Shown: one piece after another, positions 59,301 to 64,000 of the stretch
Layout of the letters: every line of letters begins with the position of its first letter
Numbering within the stretch: position 1 is the first letter of the stretch
NCBI GenBank assembly: GCA_965153285.1
Contig: OZ229110.1
Source: Podarcis tiliguerta
Lineage: Eukaryota
Length of the DNA stretch: 64,000 nt
Reading direction: 5' to 3' (one strand)
Position numbers and translations under genes: made by a program
Notes under the pieces: generated by a model
Database searches by the model: none
What the model was told of the DNA's origin: nothing
Seen by the model: the letters and a program-made list of their open reading frames with translations, nothing else

Positions 59301-61213
59301 TTCCAAATGAACTGTTCCCCTTACCTGTTCTCAGCTACAGACTCCCAAGGAGGTGGAAGGTGAAGTCTGGGGATGCGTTCCATCTCCCGGGAGATCACGT
59401 GTTGGGTAAGGTCATCCTGCCATGATAAACCTGCCATGAAGATGGAGAGCTAAGTCAAAGCATGGCCACAACAGCCAAGTATTGAATCCAGCGCTGAAAC
59501 TATGAATATCATCCAATCCTTGGGAAGCAGCTGTAGTCCAAAGAATGACCAACTGCAGAAACTAAGACTAAAGATTTTAGCACGGCATCCCCAAAATATA
59601 GAGACAGGTATTTGCCAGAGACAAATAGTAAAATACAGGGCCCCATCCATTTTATTGCGAATTGTATTGTGGCTGTTTGCACCTGCAAAAGTTTTGGGGA
59701 AGATACACTGCTTTGTTTCTAAGTCCCACAACTTCCTGCTGAAATGCTGCACCTATTTATACCATAAATGTTCCCGTTTACTTTTTGTCCTGCTTTTGTT
59801 GTGCAATAATGCAGCAATCTTGGGGAAGCATCGCAGAACAACTAATAAAGTGGACTGAGGCGTGGTTGGTCCAGTATAAGTCCACTTCTAATGCACTATT
59901 ATTGCCACAATATGTTGCAAAATACACACCCCAAAAACAACAACAACATCCAGCTTGGAGGAACCCATAGTCTGAGCATATGTTAGAGGTGCCTAATAAT
60001 AGTATGCATTTATAGCATGATGTCATAGCTCAGTGCTAAAGCATCTACTTTGCATGCAGAAGATCTCAAGTTCAATGCCCAGCATTTCCAGGTGGGGCTG
60101 GGAGAGAATTTCATCTGAAACCCCGAGAGCTGCTGCCACTGCCAGTCAGTTCACACAATATTGCACTAAATGGACCAATGGTCTCACTTGGTAGAAGGTT
60201 CTGTGGTACTGGGGGGTTGGACAGACACCCAAGTAATGTTGCCAAGACGGGGCATACAGTGCTCTTAATTCCCTCTCCTGGTTTGTGCAGAGCTGGCTCA
60301 TTTCCCTCATCTTACGTTAATTCTCCTCCTCCTCCTCAAGCACAGACACTTACCTTGTGCCATGAGATGCCGCAGCACATCCTGCAAACGCTGGAGCACA
60401 GAGGCTGTAACCTGGAAATACGGCTTATCTCGAAGGGAACCTTCCTGGCACTGACCAAACAATCCATCTGCAAAGATAACATGACTATGAGACAGTGGTC
60501 ATGCAACTCAGGGTGGAAAGATCGGTGAAAGGAGGGGGAAGAGAGAAGTAGGGTCAGAGAATAACACACAGCTAGGCAGATGAGATGGTGGTTAGCAGGC
60601 TGCTGCACAGCTTATGGGGAGCTTCAATATAGGGTGTGAATACAATATGTTTCCATTGAATTTCACGAAAGTCCATCCTAAGATAATTAGATATGCAAAA
60701 GCTTGAAGCTGAAATACACTTTCCTGGAAGTAAGCCTCCTTGAATTCAGTGGGATTTAGCCCAAGGCAAACCTGGATAGGATTGCACTAAGAGACAGGGA
60801 AAGTGAAATAATTTTGTCTTGTGAGGGTAAGTGTGCAGTCACGCTTTCTACCGTTAAATGCCCAAATGGACCAATATCACAACAAGGCTGTAATTCATAT
60901 GAGAAGCATCGAGGAGCATCTCAAGGAAACATGCCAACATGGAAAAGAGGCAAGCACTTGTCCCATTCTTGGGGCAGAAAGGCTTCCAGATCAGAGCCTG
61001 ATGCACATGTGGTCCTCCCCCCCCCCCCCACTTCATAACGAATGCAGAAAGTATATTTTAACACAGCAGGGGAAATAAGTGTACATCACTCTGCAGCAAC
61101 AGGTGCTTTGCCTCCCTATGGACTTAATGCCCTTAATTCCAATCCATCCCAAGCTTATTTACCTTGCACACAGACTTCCTGTTGGGAGCAGAGTCTCCTG
61201 TCAAATAGGCAGC
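38282..61213 (-). CDS. PTPRN: PTPRN (IA-2/ICA512) receptor-type pseudophosphatase, exons 2-23; exon 1 is outside the window
   Basis: 22 frame-consistent exons. RESP18-homology [16 protein letters not shown] ectodomain, TM helix, PTP domain with WPAEG and HCSDGAGR, C-terminal [12 protein letters not shown]. Confidence 0.97.
39682..39755 (-). CDS. PTPRN: PTPRN exon 22
   Basis: [25 protein letters not shown]. Confidence 0.95.
40027..40091 (-). CDS. PTPRN: PTPRN exon 21
   Basis: [23 protein letters not shown]. Confidence 0.95.
40373..40426 (-). CDS. PTPRN: PTPRN exon 20
   Basis: [18 protein letters not shown]. Confidence 0.95.
42170..42259 (-). ncRNA. MIR153-1: pre-mir-153-1 in PTPRN intron 19
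   Basis: Mature miR-153-3p TTGCATAGTCACAAAAGTGATC exactly at 42206-42185; 5p arm GTCATTTTTGTGATTTGCAGCT at 42244-42223. Same host intron as in mammals. Confidence 0.96.
44971..45137 (-). CDS. PTPRN: PTPRN exon 19
   Basis: [56 protein letters not shown]. Confidence 0.96.
46180..46320 (+). mobile_element. tRNA-derived squamate SINE (Squam3-like), internally deleted
   Basis: gcagaaggtccccagttcagtccccagcatctccaggtagggctgggaga..ctgccagtcagtgtag..tactgagctagatggacca. Confidence 0.6.
46463..46582 (-). CDS. PTPRN: PTPRN exon 18
   Basis: [40 protein letters not shown]. Confidence 0.95.
47876..47953 (-). CDS. PTPRN: PTPRN exon 17
   Basis: [26 protein letters not shown]. Confidence 0.95.
48399..48616. 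mobile_element. Tc1/mariner (Tigger-like) MITE, second copy in opposite orientation
   Basis: TA|CAGTGGTACCTCAGGTT...AACCTGAGGTACCACTG|TA. Confidence 0.8.
48762..48893 (+). mobile_element. tRNA-Lys-derived SINE with CR1 tail, more diverged copy
   Basis: cagtagagcatgaga...gagccccatgttgggcaaaag..cctgcattgcaggg...cccttccaactctacagttctatga. Confidence 0.75.
49355..49428 (-). CDS. PTPRN: PTPRN exon 16
   Basis: [25 protein letters not shown]. Confidence 0.95.
50046..50193 (-). CDS. PTPRN: PTPRN exon 15
   Basis: [28 protein letters not shown]...[10 protein letters not shown]. Confidence 0.95.
51234..51449 (-). CDS. PTPRN: PTPRN exon 14
   Basis: [13 protein letters not shown]...[24 protein letters not shown]. 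Confidence 0.95.
51671..51883 (-). CDS. PTPRN: PTPRN exon 13 (transmembrane)
   Basis: [54 protein letters not shown]. Confidence 0.93.
52819..53181 (-). mobile_element. Sauria SINE
   Basis: Reverse complement of the same family (aaaggtaaaagtaaaggtacccctg...ccacagcgccatccacatccc). Confidence 0.85.
53228..53292 (-). CDS. PTPRN: PTPRN exon 12
   Basis: [21 protein letters not shown]. Confidence 0.92.
53851..53930 (-). CDS. PTPRN: PTPRN exon 11
   Basis: [26 protein letters not shown]. Confidence 0.93.
54747..54833 (-). CDS. PTPRN: PTPRN exon 10 (GC donor)
   Basis: [29 protein letters not shown]; donor AG|GCAAGT. Confidence 0.9.
55220..55545 (+). mobile_element. Degraded LINE (L2-like) 3' end
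   Basis: gggccttttctgctgtggctccccacttgtggaatgctctcccc... ending in an (AAAT)n tail; family assigned by resemblance only. Confidence 0.5.
55719..56044 (-). CDS. PTPRN: PTPRN exon 9
   Basis: VTEAEMQ...AVVKKS (dibasic site)...[11 protein letters not shown]. Confidence 0.9.
56466..56503 (-). CDS. PTPRN: PTPRN exon 8 (short)
   Basis: cccag|CT GGT AGG...AAA CGG|gtaag; 38 nt, bridges phase 1 to phase 0. Confidence 0.75.
56974..57090 (-). CDS. PTPRN: PTPRN exon 7
   Basis: [39 protein letters not shown]. Confidence 0.9.
57370..57685 (-). CDS. PTPRN: PTPRN exon 6
   Basis: [10 protein letters not shown]...GQLFQDLG...ALLAEP; phase-consistent. Confidence 0.85.
58256..58439 (-). CDS. PTPRN: PTPRN exon 5
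   Basis: [17 protein letters not shown]...[10 protein letters not shown]...YPHHQ; phase-consistent. Confidence 0.85.
59325..59430 (-). CDS. PTPRN: PTPRN exon 4
   Basis: [34 protein letters not shown]. Confidence 0.92.
60020..60200 (+). mobile_element. tRNA-derived squamate SINE (Squam3-like)
   Basis: catagctcagtg..agcatctactttgcatgcagaag..gttcaat..ccagcat..ccaggt.gggctgggaga..ctgccagtcagt..gatggaccaatggtct; related copy at about 46180-46320. Confidence 0.6.
60354..60467 (-). CDS. PTPRN: PTPRN exon 3
   Basis: [39 protein letters not shown]. Confidence 0.92.
61163..61213 (-). CDS. PTPRN: PTPRN exon 2
   Basis: [17 protein letters not shown]; AG/GT boundaries; 51 nt. Confidence 0.9.
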
Positions 61214-64000
61214 CTGGAAAGAGAGTGACAGAGACACACCAGAGTTTTCCAGAGAGACAGTATTATAATTCATAAAAGAGATGCTCCAGCTTGACTGCTT
61301 TGCAGGGGTTCAAATCTACTTGGCTACAGCAAACAGTATGTATTTCAAGACCTAAATCATATTACAATGTTTCAAATGAATAGAACTCATTTCTTTCTAC
61401 CTTCAGGATGTCCTTATGTACATATGATCTTGTTGGACTCAACTGCCACAGTGCAGTCACTGATGCATGAGTCGTATCCACAAAGAGCAGTGTGCTCCGT
61501 ATTGTGGGCCCAATTTTATGGAATGCCCTTCCAGTAGAGGTCAGACAGGCCTCCTCCCTGTTGGACTTCCAGCACCTACTGATGACTTTTAAAATTATTA
61601 TTCCAGCAAGCACTTAAACTTTTAATAAGTGTTTACTTTTTTATACAAGGTATTTCTTTTACCCTGCTTAGACATGACTGTTGTCAAGTGGTAAATGAAC
61701 TGTTTAAACAATAATAACAAGTTAAATAATAATCTAATCACACGGATCTATATCTAACCCAGCAATAACCATCACCTTCAAGGACAATGGACAAGGACAT
61801 AAGCAATGGTCACCATGATGGAATAAAGAAGCTAGTGATTAGCCTTTTTTTTAAAAAAAAAAAAAAAAGGAGGGGGCAGGGTTGACAGAAAATACAGGAA
61901 TCCAACCTTTTGATAATGACATTGCCTGGATTCCTTTCTAAACCCTGAGTTAATGAAGGATGCGAAAGCAACTTTTAAACTTGTCAATGGTGCTTTATTG
62001 CTGAGCAAAAAGTCAGACTCAAGCGGTCTGCAAGGAGCTAACCATGGTGCTGAAACTTTCCGGCCCAATCTTTGCGACAACTGAGGCAAGGAAATTAAGT
62101 CCACTTGAAGAACAGGAACACATTCCCTATTCCCCCAAATATTGGAATGGCTTTGCTACAGGGGGGTAAAGGTGGAGCACCTCTCTCTCTCATTAGCTGG
62201 GCCTTATCACGTAAAATAGTAAATAAACAGAGGAAAGGAATCAGGCAAAATATCTGTGCAGCAAAGTTTCAATTTAAAAAAATCTCAATTAAAAATATCT
62301 GGGAGAACTGTTTCAGGAATTACCAGATATTGTGTATGGGTGTTAGGATATACCTTTCTGGAGGCAAAACCAACACAAAAAAGGCATTGCTATGTTTTTT
62401 CCTTTGTGAAGCTTTCAGTATTTCCTACTCTTCCCCAACCTGCCCCCCCCCCAATGGTGGCACCACTTTCAAACATTTAGAAAATGACATTTAATAGCAA
62501 ACAAGAGGGAGATGTAGAACGAAGTATATAAACTAAGAACGTTCCCTAAGGGTAGATTCATATTTTATGGAGCAGATGCCTGCCATGTGTGTGTTGGTGT
62601 CTTTCAGCAACTACCATGAATCATGAAGAGCAGACCCATCTCTCTAAAGGCACAGGGACACACAGTATGTGCATCAAGGCTTAAATTGGACATTGCTCCC
62701 TCCCAGATATCTATCACCTGTGTACACACACACACTTCATTTTATGGCAATCATCAAGGCAAACACTGCTATATAAGCCGTAGACGTGATTGCCGTGTAA
62801 AATGTGAAAATCCCCAGAAGCTTCCAGGTGTGGCACTGATTCTCTGGGAGGAGAAAATACTGTTATACAACCTAGCTCACCCATCCAATATGGATACAGA
62901 TACTGCTAGTCTATATCAATAGCCCTGAGCCTACAATATCTACCCAGCCAAGCTAGGCTTGGTATTGGCAACTGACTGAGAACCTTCCTTCCTGCCCCTT
63001 TGTCCAAGTGTTTATTATCCTCCTTTTTGAACCAAAAGGACAGGGCTTTTCCAATTACTGCAGTCACAGTTCTGGAGCTCTCTTCCTTGGAAAGCTCACT
63101 TAGCTATTTGCTTTTGGTGACTTGTGAATATATCCTTATTTCAGAAGGCATTGAGGGGTGTTTTTTAAGCATGAACAACTGCTGCTTGCATTTCTGTTAT
63201 TTTCAGTTTTTGTACTGAAGATCTTACTGCTGTTTTTAGTTAAAGTTTTATTGTTAGTTTTATGTACATGACTCTTCTAAAATTTTAAGAGCTGCCTTCA
63301 GTGATTTGTTAAAGCAGAAAGGCATAATAAAAATGTATTTTTAAAATGAATAGAGAAGGTGGCTAACAAGGACAAAATCCAAAGTGGTAATAAATTTTTA
63401 AAAACCGCTCAACAATTAAAAGGTCATATACAAAATAATGAAAGAAGTGGCAGAACGAATCATTCCCTGGGAGGCTAGACAGTTATGTTGACCATGTGCC
63501 TCACCAAAGACTCCTTAGTAAGGTTAGCAACAGGGAAAACTAAAAAGTGATGTTAATTGCATGAAGGCACCCAATGTGTTTTTGCTATATAAAAAGCAAC
63601 AGAGAGGGAAATTGAGTGACTGGGGGACAGCGAAGGTGAGGAAACTAGTATGGCTCATAAGTTCCCACTGGCAGCAGTGGATGTTCCCTTGAAATGCAGA
63701 TAGCAGTTTGAGCAGCATCAAGACCTTGGCAGGGAGATAAGAGAATTAACCCTCCCCAGGCCCTAAATGTTTACCCAGCAGCATAGGCTTCACTCAGCTA
63801 TTTGTCTAACAAAACCCATGCATATTAACAGCACTCACACAATTAAGGTTGATTCTAATTTGGCCCTAACAAGTTGGGGGCCTGATTCAGAATTCCCTCC
63901 CTCCCTGGAACTGTGTGCACCAATTTATAATTTCTTATTGTAAGCATCCTTGTGTGGGCTTGCCCTAAAAGATGGGATACAAACAGCTAAAATAAAACAA

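Overview
Squamate genomic DNA, most likely a lacertid lizard, inferred from Sauria SINEs, BovB/RTE, CR1 and hAT/Tc1-type MITEs. The + strand carries two tandem, intron-containing DNAJB2 (HSJ1)-family genes. The upstream copy is divergent (CDS 4207-11934, 8 coding exons, 390 aa, C-terminal CTVL). The downstream copy is canonical DNAJB2, with a CpG-island promoter at about 15.2-15.9 kb, a long CaaX isoform (22475-31170, 348 aa) and a short isoform ending GVF* at 35445-35455 (283 aa). The - strand carries PTPRN (IA-2) exons 2-23 (61213-38282; exon 1 lies beyond the window), with mir-153-1 in intron 19. An antisense RPL18A processed pseudogene sits in DNAJB2 intron 1. Two observations stand out. 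(i) The upstream paralog keeps an intact J-domain and a geranylgeranylation-type CaaX box, but both UIMs are degenerate, the short-isoform splice donor is lost, the 3'UTR may be very short, and it has a CpG-decayed copy of the parental CRE/CCAAT promoter module. This looks like a neofunctionalised, obligately membrane-anchored, ubiquitin-independent Hsp70 co-chaperone. (ii) The mir-153 hairpin lies inside a candidate in-frame 246-nt cassette exon of PTPRN whose acceptor overlaps the hairpin base. Exon coordinates were read by hand from splice signals and reading-frame continuity; no alignments or database searches were run.
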